DNA of 64,000 nt, from the NCBI RefSeq assembly GCF_008831285.2, contig NC_045138.2:8804001-8868000 (forward strand). Reading direction: 5' to 3'. The notes beneath the pieces were generated by a model. It did no database searches. It was not told the DNA's origin and worked only from the letters and a program-made list of their open reading frames with translations. Below are positions 38,101 to 51,600 of the stretch, piece after piece (position 1 is the first letter of the stretch; the number at the start of each line of letters is the position of its first letter). The translations under genes were made by a program, and so were the position numbers. The DNA comes from Nymphaea colorata (Eukaryota).

Positions 38101-41100
38101 CCTTGAGATCAAATTCAGCAGCCAGTAACACTTTTAACTTGATGATCTCCTTCTCATCATCTCCTGTGACAATCATGTCATCCACATAGACAAGTAAAAG
38201 AGTGATCCTGCCATCTTTTTTCTTCACAAATAGAGTGTGGTCTCCATTCCCTTGATTGTATCCATGATGTTGCATCACTCGTCTGAGTCGTTCGAACCAT
38301 GCTCTGGGCGACTGCTTGAGGCCATATAAGGCCTTTTTCAGCTTACAACATTTCTCTGGTTCTTCATATCCTAGGGGCATACACAGATTGTCACACCCCG
38401 ACCCTTTAACCCTCAAACTATTTTTTTTTTTTTTTTTTTTTTTTAAACATAAAGCATCGAGGTGTGACTACCCAACAATTCAAAAAGACGATGAGCCAAG
38501 CAATTCAAAACAATGGGGCGAACTTTCATTAATATAACCATTTTGTTTCATACAAATTCACATCTATGTGCATGACCAAAATGCCCCAAAATCAATAACA
38601 TTGATGCCTAACAAAAAGAAGACATCAATAAAACCAAAACATGACGCGCTGGCACTACAAACGACAATCCCAAAACCACCCCAGTAGGACGTGAGTGAAG
38701 CCATCCGCTTAACCTGTTGCCCCGGGTCCGCCAAAACCTGAAAAAGAAAACAACTGAAGGCTCAGCCTTCGCAGTATGGCAACAAGCCAGAAAAATGCCA
38801 AACCCTCTCAAGTAAGGCTCAAATAAAGGGACAAATATCAACCCATCTATCGTCATGTCGCGTCTGAGTGCGACACGTAAAAGCCACTTGATGGCCACAC
38901 TAACACAACATCAGTCACATGCGAAGCATGCTTAAACATAACACTTGCATTCATATCAATCACATATACGTCAGTCACATGCATTCTGTCAAATACTTTG
39001 CATTTTCATTAACTTTAGTGCATTAACAGTTCCTGTGGGTGCAACACAGGCACGTGCACACCGCGGGCGGCCTACAGCCGAGAGACAACCCCCGTGGTGG
39101 CCCATAACAGTATGGATCCATTTCACCCGCTGTAGCGGTAGAGCACTCATCCCTGGATGTGTGACGTCCAAGGTGAGATACTCAGCCTTCCCTAGGACAC
39201 CCAGGTTGGGAAGGCAGGAGCCCAACGCTCCAAGCACAACACACAGCAGAACCCTGGGGCCTTGCACCGCCTGCGCTCTGACAGGCGAGACCAGTGGCAA
39301 TCAAGGGGGACGTCTCCCAAACACATAGCCACATCCCACTGGTCTCTCATCTCTTAGTTATTCATTCTTATCATTATAGTTACACATTCACAAGATGACT
39401 GGCTAGCACACGAGGTTAGTACACTTCCCGAGTGCACCCACACCTCCGATTACCTCCACATGAGGTCTATACATACAGTAACAGTCATTGCTAGCCGTCA
39501 TACCATACGGGTACAACTACCCTCCAAAACATCCATTTGCATCATTGCCCATGGCAATGCATATGCAACAACATACACATCCATATCAATCATCACATCA
39601 ATCCTCACATCAATCATGTCAATCACCTCTTCGAAAAACTTAGCCAATCCACAGAGAGTAGTCTCGATCTGCGGTTGGCTTATAGCTGTCTTATGCAGTT
39701 ATCATTCTATGATGCTTTCTAATGCACAATTGGGGTCGAGGAGACACTCGGCTCGATACCCCACCTCATCTGTCCTAAACAGATATCAATTCTAGCATGC
39801 ACATGCCAATGCGTAACATTTTTAAATCGAATGACTAATAATCTTTCTAACCCATTCATATCATGTAAGCAACATACACATACTCAATCACAAAACCGTC
39901 AATCAATTAACATCACAATCCTATGATCCCTTGATCCTAGGAGCACCCAATCACACAATTGCCCCAGGCAGGAATTTGCCTAGAAAGTTGCCATACCTGT
40001 GGCGCGCTCACCAAATTCTTCAAAATGCCTCAAGCTTCGAACTCAAGGTCGACGGGATGAGCCCGGTGCACCTGCAAACATAAACAAGAATAAGGTTTCT
40101 ACTAGATTCCTACACCAATCAAACAGAAACGAACAGATACAAAAATAAAATCCTTGAGGCACGTGTCAGCGCCTCAAGAGGGCATCGACAGGTAGTGTCG
40201 ACCAACGGGCTCTCCACAAGGCCTCCTCCTTTACGTCTTGACGTTGCCTTGAATTATCAAAGCCTTCAACCATCAATCAAACCGTCACTAAATCCTTCCT
40301 CAATAACGTTCTTTAAGTAAGACATCAACCTCAAGTCACATCCCAAAACGCATATATCCCTAATTAACTTCATGATACACCCGTTCACCGAAGTCTGCGC
40401 TACACTCCCTAAGACGGTTCCAAAACTTCCCCACAACCTCACAATCTCTACCATGTTTCCTTAAAGCTTCGAAACTTAATTCATCATGCTTAAACGATCA
40501 TTAAATACATGAATCATCACTTTCCAACGCAAATCCTAAGTTTCCCCCAAAAACAAAATTACTAACATGCGTCCCAAAATCATCAATTCTAAGCTCTAGC
40601 ATGCTCGAACCATAATTATACATGCTCTAAAAGATAATAGTCAATAATTTGGGCTTGATTAGGTCTCGCTCACCCTCAATCAAGAATTTGAACTGCTGCA
40701 ACGCCTCCGGCAGTCACCTCAAACGATCAATCGGTCCCCGAACGGCAAAAATCGTGCTAAACCTCCACCACCAACACTGCCTACTCGCTGCTAGGAGGGG
40801 AAAAACACGTTTCCCAAGCTGGAATCCTAACAAACAAGGTTGAAAACCGTGAGGGAGTGCTCGATTGGGATAAGGGGAACAACAATTTGAAAGAAAATGG
40901 GAAGAACGAGCTCACTTAGGATACGTGAGGCAAGGGAAGACAGACAGAGAGAGAGATTCAGACAGAAAAAGGGAAGAAGGGCAGTGAGGGGAGAGGACGA
41001 GAGAGAAGAGAGAGTCGGTGGGAGAGTAAGGAGAGGGACCGTGTGGGAGAGGGCTATCGGAAAGGGGGGGAAAAGAGAGGGGCGAGAGAGAGGAAGAGAG

Positions 41101-44100
41101 AGCATTCGATAGGGAGGGCAAAGGAACATGAGAGTAGTGGAGAAGGGAAACAAAGAACGAGAGAGAGAGAGTTTTACCAAGCCGCCGCCGCCGCCGCTGC
41201 CACCTCCGTCGCCGTCGCTGCCGCTGCCCCCTTCAGACACCTTCGCCGCTGCTCCACCTACCGGCCTCGAGCTTCACCAAGCTTCTGTCGTAGCAGACGG
41301 AGAGGGGGAAAGGCGGAGAATAAGGAAAGACGGGGGAGGGGAGGCGGGGGAGGGGTCGGGCTCGCTCACGAGTGAGGGGCTCGGGTCCGGGTCTGGACCC
41401 TGACCCGACCCGTCCCGCCAAACAACGAGCGTCACACATATACACTTCTTCTTCGAGATCACCATTGAGGAAAGCATTCTTAACATCGAGTTTGGTACAT
41501 CCTCCACTCCTTCATCACAGCTAGGGACATAACAACTCTAACTTTTTTCATTTTCGCAACTGGAGCAAAAGTCTCTAAGCAATCAATTCCATATTTTTTA
41601 CTAAACCCCTTCGTCACAAGAAGAGCTTTGTATCTTTCAACACTTCCATCTGGTTTATACTTAATGGTATACACCCACTTGGATCCAACCAAGTGAGCCG
41701 CCTCAGGAATCTTCACAGCTTCCCATGTCATGTTTCTTCTCAAGGCTTCCATTTCTTCTTTCATAGCATCAGCCACTTGGAATCACTTTGAGCTTCAGCA
41801 ACGGTCCTGAGAATCACAGCCAAAGAAAGAGAAGATACAAAACACTTGTAATCCTTGCTAAGTCTAGAATAAGATACAAAATTACCAATCGGGTGTTGAG
41901 TACATGACCTGACACCCTTTCTCAGGGCAATGGGAAGTTTTTCATTTTCTTTTTCAACCCCATCTTGAGTCTTCAAGGTAGGACTTGGTTCATCCAGGGA
42001 AGGAATGACATTGGGATTGGAAGTAGACCTCACACCATAGTGTAAGAAACTTCACAAAGTACTCGTCTCTCCGTATGCAAAACAGATATATTGAGAGGAG
42101 AGGATGAAAGAAGACGATGGAGGAAAAGGAGCAGCCGGCTTAACACAGCCCTGCGTTCCTTAATCTTTTAATGAAAAGAATAACCCTAATAGGTTACAAC
42201 AGATTTGTACATAAAATTATAAAATATTACAAGAGAGCCACCGCCTAGTAACTTTAGGCGTGTGGATATAAGGAGAATGGATCGGGTCTGAACAGACCCG
42301 ATCCCCATACGCTAACAGCTCCCCTCAAGTTGTGCATGAGATTTGATCATGCACAACTTGTTCTTCAAATCCCAAAAATGCTGCCCTGTGAGACCTTTGG
42401 TAAAAAGATCAGCTATTTGTTCATTGGTGGATATATAAGTAGGCAAGATCTCGGCTTCTTCAACCTTCTGACGAATGAAATGTTGATCAATCTCTATATG
42501 TTTGGTGCGATTATGCAAAATGGGATTGAAAGCAATTTTTATCGCACTTTGATTGTCACATAGTAATGATGACTGAACAATAGGAAGATTGAGCTCCCCA
42601 AGTAAATGACGTAACCATGACGCTTCAGCCGTCCCTGCAGCCATTGCTCTATACTCTGCCTCAGTGCTAGATCGTGCAACAGCACGCTGCATTTTACTAC
42701 TCCAACAAATGAGATTAGAATCAAGAAAGAGACAGAAACCTGAAACTGATCGTCGGTCATCGGGATCGCCTGCCCAGTCGACATCAGTATATGTATATAT
42801 GCTATGTCCAAGAGAAACATTGGAACATTTGGTGTAGACTAGTCCATCTCTAAGAGTAGCTTTGAGATACCGTAGGATCCGCTTAGCGACATCCATATGT
42901 CCTTCAGTGGGTGCATGCATGAACTGAGAAATCTGATTTACAGCATATACTATGTCTGGGCGAGTAAAGGTAAGATATTGTAACATACCAACAATGCTGC
43001 GATAGAATGTGGGATTGGAATATGCAGCAGTTCCATCAGATGCAGTCAATTTAGTATTCAGAACACTGGGGGTAGTGATGGGTTTGCAATTAGTCATTCC
43101 TGCCCTGTCCAAAACATCAAGGGTATACTTGTGCTGTGTAAGAGTCAAACTATCATTTGTCCTGTCAAGTTCAACACCCAAAAAATATCGTAATTCTCCC
43201 AGATCCTTCATCTTGAATTCTTGCTTCAACATACCTTTAACATAAGATATATGTGAAGAAGAATTCCCAGTTATAACAATATCATCAACATAGATAAGTA
43301 ACCAGGTGGTAGCTTCTCCAGTGCGATAGATAAACAAAGAGTGATCGAGAGAGCTTCAGAGAAAACCAACTTGTTGTATGAGATGAGAAAAACGATCAAA
43401 CCATGACCTAGAAGCTTGCTTCAACCCATATAGAGACTTGTGTAATTTGCAAACCCATTTTTGAGAATCATGAGTAGTGTAGCCGGGAGGTTGCTCCATG
43501 TATACCTCTTCCTTAAGAATTCCATGAAGAAAAGCATTTTTGACATCTAACTGATAGAGAGGCCATCCATACGAGACTGCAAGAGAAATAATCACACGGA
43601 TTGTTCCCATCTTGATGACTGGACTGAATGTATCATCATAATCTTCCCCATATTGCTGAGTGAAACCGCGCGCCACAAGTCGTGCTTTATACCGATCAAT
43701 GCTACCATCTGGTTTATATTTCAGTTTATAAACCCATTTGGATCCCACAACATTCTTATCAGCTGGACGAGGGACAATCTGCCAAGTCTGACATTCATGC
43801 AAGGCTGCCATTTCCTCATTCATAGCTTCAACCCAACATTTTTCCTTACTCGCATTGTGATAAGATGTTGGTTCTACCTTTTTGCTGACTTCTGTCATAA
43901 ACAGCTGAAAATCCAAAGAAAAACTGTTATAGCTCACCCATCTATCAATAGGATGTCGCACGTGTTGTGATTGGCATGGAACTGCAGTAGGAACTGATCG
44001 CCTAGAATACACCAGGCCTGAGAACCGATTATGCATAGGTGGCTCACTGGGCTGAGAAGATGAAGGCATGCTGTCCAAGGAAGTAGTGCTGCTCAAGGAA

Positions 44101-47100
44101 CTACTTATAGATGTCTTGGGCTCATTAACAACTTGCTCATTGTGCTCAGTCAACATTGCTGCCCTTTGTCTTAAGATTTCAGCATGAAGCCAAGTATCAT
44201 AAACTTCATTTTTGTCCTTGAGTGTCACAGAAGTAGCCTTGGGATCCTGTAACCTGTTCTCATCAAAGATAACATGCCGTGAAATATGTACACGCCCAGT
44301 TTTAGGGTTGTAACACCTATAACCCTTGTAATTTTCTGCATACCCTATAAATCTACATAAAACAGCAGATCTTGAAATTTGTTTCGCAAGGAAACATCAA
44401 CATGCACATAGCACACACATCCAAAAACACGCAACTCCTCATAACGTGGCTGCTCTTGGTGTAAAAGAAAAAATGGTGATTTTCCATCAAGCAAAGCCAA
44501 TGGCAATCGATTTATAACATGTACAGCCGTATGGAAAACCTCGGTCCACAATGTCATAGGTAAGTCTGTTTCATGCATCATGCTAAGTGCACTTTCAACA
44601 ATATGCCTATGTTTCCTTTCAGCAATTCCGTTTTGCTGAGGTGTATGCGGACATGAAATTTGTCTAGTGATCCCATTATCTAGTAAGTACTCAGTAAATT
44701 CATTAGAAATAAATTCATCACCACCATCACATTGAAAATGCACAATATTACTGGAGTATTTATTTTGAACCAAGGCATGAAATTGAGTGAATAAGCGAAA
44801 AACTTCTGATTTGTGTTTCATGAAATGGATCCAAGTATATCGGGAATAAGAATCAACAAAAATGACATAGTATCTACTCCCAGAAGAAGAAGGAACTGGA
44901 GCAGGCCCCCAAACATCAGAATATATGGTGTCAAAAACCTTTGGAGCTCTTTTATTTATTAATTGAAAAGGAAGGGCATGACTCTTACAGATATGACAAC
45001 TCGAGCACATGCTGGACTCACTGACAGAACTCAGACTGGACTTATCTAAGAGCCCGTCTGCAACAAGATTTCGAACAAAAGATTGACTACAATGAGCTAA
45101 CCGACCATGCCAAATGGATGGTTTATTATACTCTGTGACATTGACTATGACTTGGAAAACATGAATCGGAAAGGTGAGATTTTGACATTTGTGGAGCTCC
45201 TTCAAGGACATACATATCTCCTTTGCGAGTGCCCTCAGCGAATGTCTTCTTGGTTCGAGCATCCTTGACATAAACAGAAGAGGGTGTGAATTCAACAGAG
45301 GATTGAGTATCATCAATAAGCTTGGACACTAAAATAATATTTTTCTTGACACTTGGAACAACAAGAACATTCTTTAATGGAATCGAAGAAGAGCCCATAG
45401 AAATTTGTACATTTCCAATGTGTGATATTGTGTGATGGGAACTATCTCCCGTGACAACTGAGCCTTTATCTAAATAAGGGAGAGCACTAGAGAGATTACC
45501 TGCGTCACCAGTAACATGAGCTGCTGCTCCAGAGTCCACATACCATTCTCCTTGCTCGTTTTGTTTCAAATGAAGCTTAGACAGGGCTGTCATGAGGAGT
45601 TGCTGTACGTCTACTGAAACATTAGATCCAGATGATGATGAAGCTGACCCTGCTGCTGCCTTGTTCTCACGTCTAATCTGATTATTTTTGTTCTGCGGGT
45701 TGTGCCAACATTCTGACTTTACATGCCCCCTCTTGTTGCAATAGAAACAAGTCGGAACCCTTCTAGATGTGGCAGAAGTAGTGTTCATGCCCTGTGGTGT
45801 TGGGAGAATCCCTCTTCCCATTCCTGCTTGAGGAATCCAAGTACGAGTGCGATTCCCTTGCAATGCATGTGTCCCTGTGATCAGTACATTGTGACTGTTG
45901 GAAGGAATCAAATTCTGTCACTGAACACGACTAGCTTCGTGTTGGAATAACTTAGCCTTGAGATCTTCGAAAGATGGAAGAATAGGTAGGACTTCCAAGG
46001 CTGTGCAAAAAATATCAAAATCTGTTCCCAGTTCACTCAAGGCTTGTTGCACTTTGTCCTTGTCGCTGACAGCAAGTTGATCACTTACACTTTTAATTTC
46101 ATTCAAATATTCCAAAACAGTACGCGTCCCACGCTTGATGTCCTGAAATTGCCTTCTTAACTGTAGAAAACGTGCTTCGGATACTTGAGAATACGTGGTG
46201 GCAAGGGTAGACCACAACTCTAGGGCTGTTAAATCATCATCAATACCTCCTAATACTTCCTCTGACAAAGTAGAAGTAATATAGGCAACAAGGGACTGGT
46301 CGTGAGCCAGCCAAACTTCATACTCAGGATTGTTTTCAGTAATGGTTTCATATTCAAATCTGATTTCACTCATAGCCGCAGCCCCAGCAGCTTGATCTCC
46401 CACTACGGTCTTCTTCACTTCATGGTCAATATACATAGGAGGTGCTGGAATGGTCCCATCGATATGCCCGTAGAGTCTATGACTTTTAATAAAAGGGACT
46501 ATTTGACGTTTCCAAGTCAAATAGTTACAATGATTCAGCTTTTGAGAAATAAGTTGGGAGAGAAAGCTAGAAGATAGAAGAGAGGGAGTCGGCTGATCCA
46601 TAATTGATTTAGGGCAACGACAGAAATTAGGGCAAAACGATGAGAAAATTAGGGCACAACGATTAGGGCAAATCAATTAGGGCAAATCACGCAAGATTTA
46701 GGGCAGAAACTGAAAAGAGGGATGACCACGCCAGAAAAGAAAGAATTTAGGGCAGATTAGGGCTAATCACATCAAACTGAAATCACTCACCGGAGGACGA
46801 TGCAACCTGGCTCTGATACCATGTAAGAATCTTCACAAAGTACTCGTCTCTCCGTATGCAAAACAGATATATTGAGAGGAGAGGATGAAAGAAGACGATG
46901 GAGGAAAAGGAGCAGCCGGCTTAACACAGCCCTGCGTTCCTTAATCTTTTAATTAAAAGAATAACCCTAATAGGTTACAACAGATTTGTACATAAAATTA
47001 TAAAATATTACAAGAGAGCCACCGCCTAGTAACTTTAGGCGTGTGGATATAAGGAGAATGGATCGGGTCTGAACAGACCCGATCCCCATACGCTAACACA

Positions 47101-48640
47101 TAGTTACCTCCTCTGTCCGAGCACCTCGTCTAGAGTAGACCTGTCCAAGCAAACGATGACCTTTCTTCTCAGTTCTGGTGTCACACCCTTCCTCCTTCTC
47201 AGGCACATCAAGAACTGTGAGTGGTTCTTTCTTGTAATCCAAAAAATCTGTAAATTGAATCTTCTGACTCTGAGAATACTCTTCCCTAACCACAGACTTC
47301 TCCCCCTGAAGATGATTCTCACAAGAGTAAGAGGCATGTTCCAAGAAGGTAACATCCCTTGTAACATAAACTCGACCAGTGGTAGGATCAAGACACCTAT
47401 ACCCTTTTTGAGTAGGAGAATACCCAACAAATACACCCTTGATAGACCAGGGATCAAGTTTCTTAACATTGGGACTGTGATCATAAATAAAATACACACA
47501 GCCAAAAACACGAGGGGGGAGTTGAAAAGGTTGACGACTTCCCCAAAGTAAAGAATGGGGAGTCCGACCATTCAGTACACGACTGGGCATGCGGTTGATG
47601 AGACACGCACTAATAAGAGCTGCATCACCCCAATAGTGTTTGGGAAGATTCCTCTGAAACAAAAGGGCTCTGGTGACATTAAGAAGCTGGCGATTCTTCC
47701 TCTCAACCACCCCGTTTTGTGGGGGAGTATAACTACAGGACGTCTCATGAACAATTCCCCTTTTTCGAAGGAAATCCTCAACTGACTGACACATATACTC
47801 ACGGGCATTATCCGATCAGAAGGTTTTAACAGTTCCACCATATTGAGTTTGCACAAGTAGAATGAAGGTCTTTATTATATGAGGTACCTCACTGCGATCT
47901 TTTAACAAGTACACAAAGGTGGTCCGAGAGAAGTCATCAATAAAAGTTATAAAATATTGAAAATCTTGACGGGTATGAATTCTCGAAGGCCCCCACACAT
48001 CTGAGTGAACCAAGGAAAAAGCTTCATTAACACAACTAGTAGAAATAGGGTACGAAGTTGTCACATGTTTTACCGTTTCTACAAAAGCAAAAACATCTTT
48101 ACTTGGCTTCTCATAAATGTTGATGATATTGTCATCACTAGAAATTGTGAAATTGTGACAGCCATATTTGTGAAGTAAAGAATTTTTTTATGAAGAGTTT
48201 TAAAATGAAAGATTTAGGAGAGTTAAGATATTTTCTTGGTGTGGAGGTTGACAGACTGTAAATCAGGCCCAAAACTTGATAAGTTAAGTGCTTCAAGAGA
48301 TAAACTCTTGTGGCTTCTAACTACTTCAATAAGTAACACACAATAAACCTCAACCTTGAGGAAAAGAGAACATATATATTAAACCCAACAAGATATACAA
48401 GAAGAGGCTAAAAAGCCATAACAAAAGAAGGGACAACAGTCCCTTATTTACAAAACAAGGAAAGGAAGAGGAAGAAGGGAGATGGCTGTTGGGTCATCTC
48501 CAACGGTTAGAAATCTAGCTGTTGGAGACTGGTCTAACAGCTAGTTCTCCCCTTTAATAATAAAAAAGGTGAAAACAAAAGAAAAGAAAATGTACAAAAA
48601 GAAACAGAAAATTATAAACACGACCTAGGTACCCTAAACT

Positions 48641-48672
<32 letters not shown>

Positions 48673-51600
48673 GTAGGAATACATACATTCTAACACCCCC
48701 CCTCAAACTTACGGTGTGATAACCGAAAGTTTGCCAAGGAAAAATTGAAACCTGGCAGCAGCAATTTTGGCAAAGAAATCTCCTAGTTGATATTCAGAGG
48801 GAACATAGAAGAGATTTATGTCTTTTTGAAAGAACGTTTCACGAACATAATGGCAGTCCATCTCTATATGCTTTGTCCTTTCATGAAATGTGTGGTTGCT
48901 AGCAATATAAATGACACTCTTGTTGTCACAACAAAGCTTGACAGGATCCATAAGATGAAGGCCCATATCTTTCAATAAACTTTTGAGCCACACAATCTCC
49001 ATTGTAGTAGATGTCATGGCTCGATATTCAGCTTCAGTTGATGATAGAGACACCTTGTTCTGTTTCTTGCATCGCTAGGAAATTAACGAATTACCTAAAA
49101 ACACACAAAAACCAGTGGGGGAGTGCCTATTATTGAGATCTCCACAATAATCAACATCGGTATAAGCAACTAATTCTAATGTAGAAGAGGAAGGTAAGAG
49201 AAGTTCTTTGTTGATTGTATTCTTCACATATCGCACAATCCGCATTGCCGCTCTCATGTGTACTAAAGTGGGCTTTTGTTGGAATTGACTTATGACATGA
49301 ACTGCATGAGCAATATCTGGCCGAGTGATAGAGAGATAAGCGAGAGCACCAACAATTTGTCGAAAAAGAGTAGGGTTCTCTAATATCTCTTCATCATCAA
49401 TCTTCATTTTTATTCCCAGAGTTTCTAGAGTGTCTACAATTTTGTTGTCAGAAATGCCTGTTTTGTCTATTAATTTACTAGCAAACTTCATTTGCGAAAG
49501 CAAATAGGCTCTTTTGCTATAGGCAACTTCAATTCAAGAAAATATGTTGGTCTTCACAAATCAATCTTTTGAAAGCAATTTTTAAGAATTTTTTTTATCT
49601 CTAATATTCTTTTATCATCACTTCCAGTAATTACAATATCATCAACATACAACAATAAAACAATTGTACCTACAGAAGTATTTTTCACAAACATGGTTGT
49701 ATCAGAATAGCAAGATTGAAACCTTTGACCAAACATAACACTACTAAATTTGTCAAACCATGCCTTGGAAGCTTGTTTTAAACCATGAAGAGCTTTCCTA
49801 AGTCGTAATACTTTGTTCTGAGGTAGATCAAGTTCAGGAGGAGCACTCATGAAAACTTCTTCATTTAACTTGCCATTTAGAAAAACATTTTTAATATCCA
49901 TTTGAAAAATAGACCATTGTTTAATTAAAGCAACAACAATAAGAGCTCTAACAGAGGTCATACGGGCAACAGGAGCAAAAGTTTCTTCATAATCAATCTC
50001 ATATTCTTGCGCATATCCCTTAGCAACAAGTCCCTAAAGTCTCATCACTTTTACTTTTGACTTTATAGATCCATCTACATCCTTTGTCTTTTTCCCTAAT
50101 GGTAGAGAAACAATATCCCAAGTTTCATTACTTTCAAGGGCTTTAAGTTCATGATTCATGGCATCAATCCGATTTGGGTCATCCTTAGCCTCAAGATAAG
50201 ATGATGGCTCATAAAAAGAATGATGTGTCATGCGGCAAGCTCTATATTTAGGAGAAAAAGACTCATATGAAATGAATCTTTGAGGAGGCCTAACGTGTCT
50301 TTGGGACCTCCTAGGATTGGATTGATTATTTTCTTGGGTTGCATGACCTCGTCTCCTATACACTATAATGTCTCTTGGAGGATTGATATTAGTAGGACTA
50401 TCTTCTTTAACTTGTTCAACTTGTTCCTCATCATCATCATAATCCGTCCAAAGAAAAGCATAATCTTCTAGTTGCTTGGGCTCATTTTTAAAATCGTCTT
50501 CATTTCCCAAAAAAATCACATTTCTAGTAACATATACTTTATCTCGTTCAACATCATAACATCTATAGCCCTTTTGTGTTTCTGAATACCTAATAAACAC
50601 ACAATTAATAGCTTTGAAGGAAAGCTTATCATCTTTAATACTTAACATGAAACATTTGCAACCAAAAACCTTAAGTCTATTGTAGTTAGGCCTTACATTG
50701 TGTAATTTTTCAAATGGAGAAATATGTTTCAAAAGTTTGATAGACATTCTATTAATCAAATAGGTTGATGTCAAAATAGCGTCAGCCCAAAAGTTTTTAG
50801 GAACGTTTTTGGATAAAAGAAGTGCTCTTGTGGTTTCAATAATGTGCCTATGTTAGTTCAGCCACTCTGTTTTGTTGTGCAGTGTTTGGGCAAGATTTTT
50901 GATGTACAATGCCTTTATCTTTTAGAAATTATTGAAATTCATTTGACATAAATTCTCCTCCTGAATCACTTCTAAAGATTTTAATATTGGAGCCAAATTG
51001 AGTTTTTATCATGTTATAGAAATTCTTGAAGTTTGCAAATACCTCTTATTTGTGTTTGAGAAAATAAACCCAAGTATGTCTAGAATAATCATCAATAAAG
51101 ATCACATAATACAATAATCCTTCTTTTGACATAATAGGAGCGGGTCCCATACATTCGATTGCACCAATTCAAAAGGCATTTGGGTAACAAATTTTCTATC
51201 ATCAAAAGGTAAGACTTTCATTTTTGTGTTGATGCAATCATTACAACAAAAATTCTTTTGACAATACTTTTCCAAGAAAGGAAAACGAGACATTTTTCTA
51301 GATTTGTATGTCCAAGCCTTTGGTGCCAAGTTTGAATGTCACATTCTTTGATGATATTGCATGAAGGTCTTGAAAGGTCCAAAAATTCTTAAAGTCTTGA
51401 AAGGTCCAAAAATTCTATGTAGTAGAGGTCATTTGTTCTAAAACCTTCCCCAATCATCTTCTTGGATAGACGGTCTTGTATCAAGCATTTATATTGTGAG
51501 AAGATTATATTAAAACCAAGGTCAGATATTTGAGAAATGAACAATAAATTTAAGTTTAATTTAGGAATACATCTTACTTGGGGTACTTTTAAAATTTTGG

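Larger units (their letters stand above)
36850..48070 (-). mobile_element. Copia element A: 3' LTR 36850-37222, PPT, RNase H/RT (37217-38388 and 41437-42040), integrase (47099-48070); gag and 5' LTR lost; split by insertions B and C
   Basis: [37 protein letters not shown]; integrase [33 protein letters not shown] then TG. RT rejoins across B as EEVYMCMPLGY. Confidence 0.92.

Noticed and set aside
38389..41436. Host gene nested in the gatB intron (many 60-137 aa ORFs)
   Set aside because: All lie between LTR termini with a TSD and are low-complexity GA/GC-rich translations.
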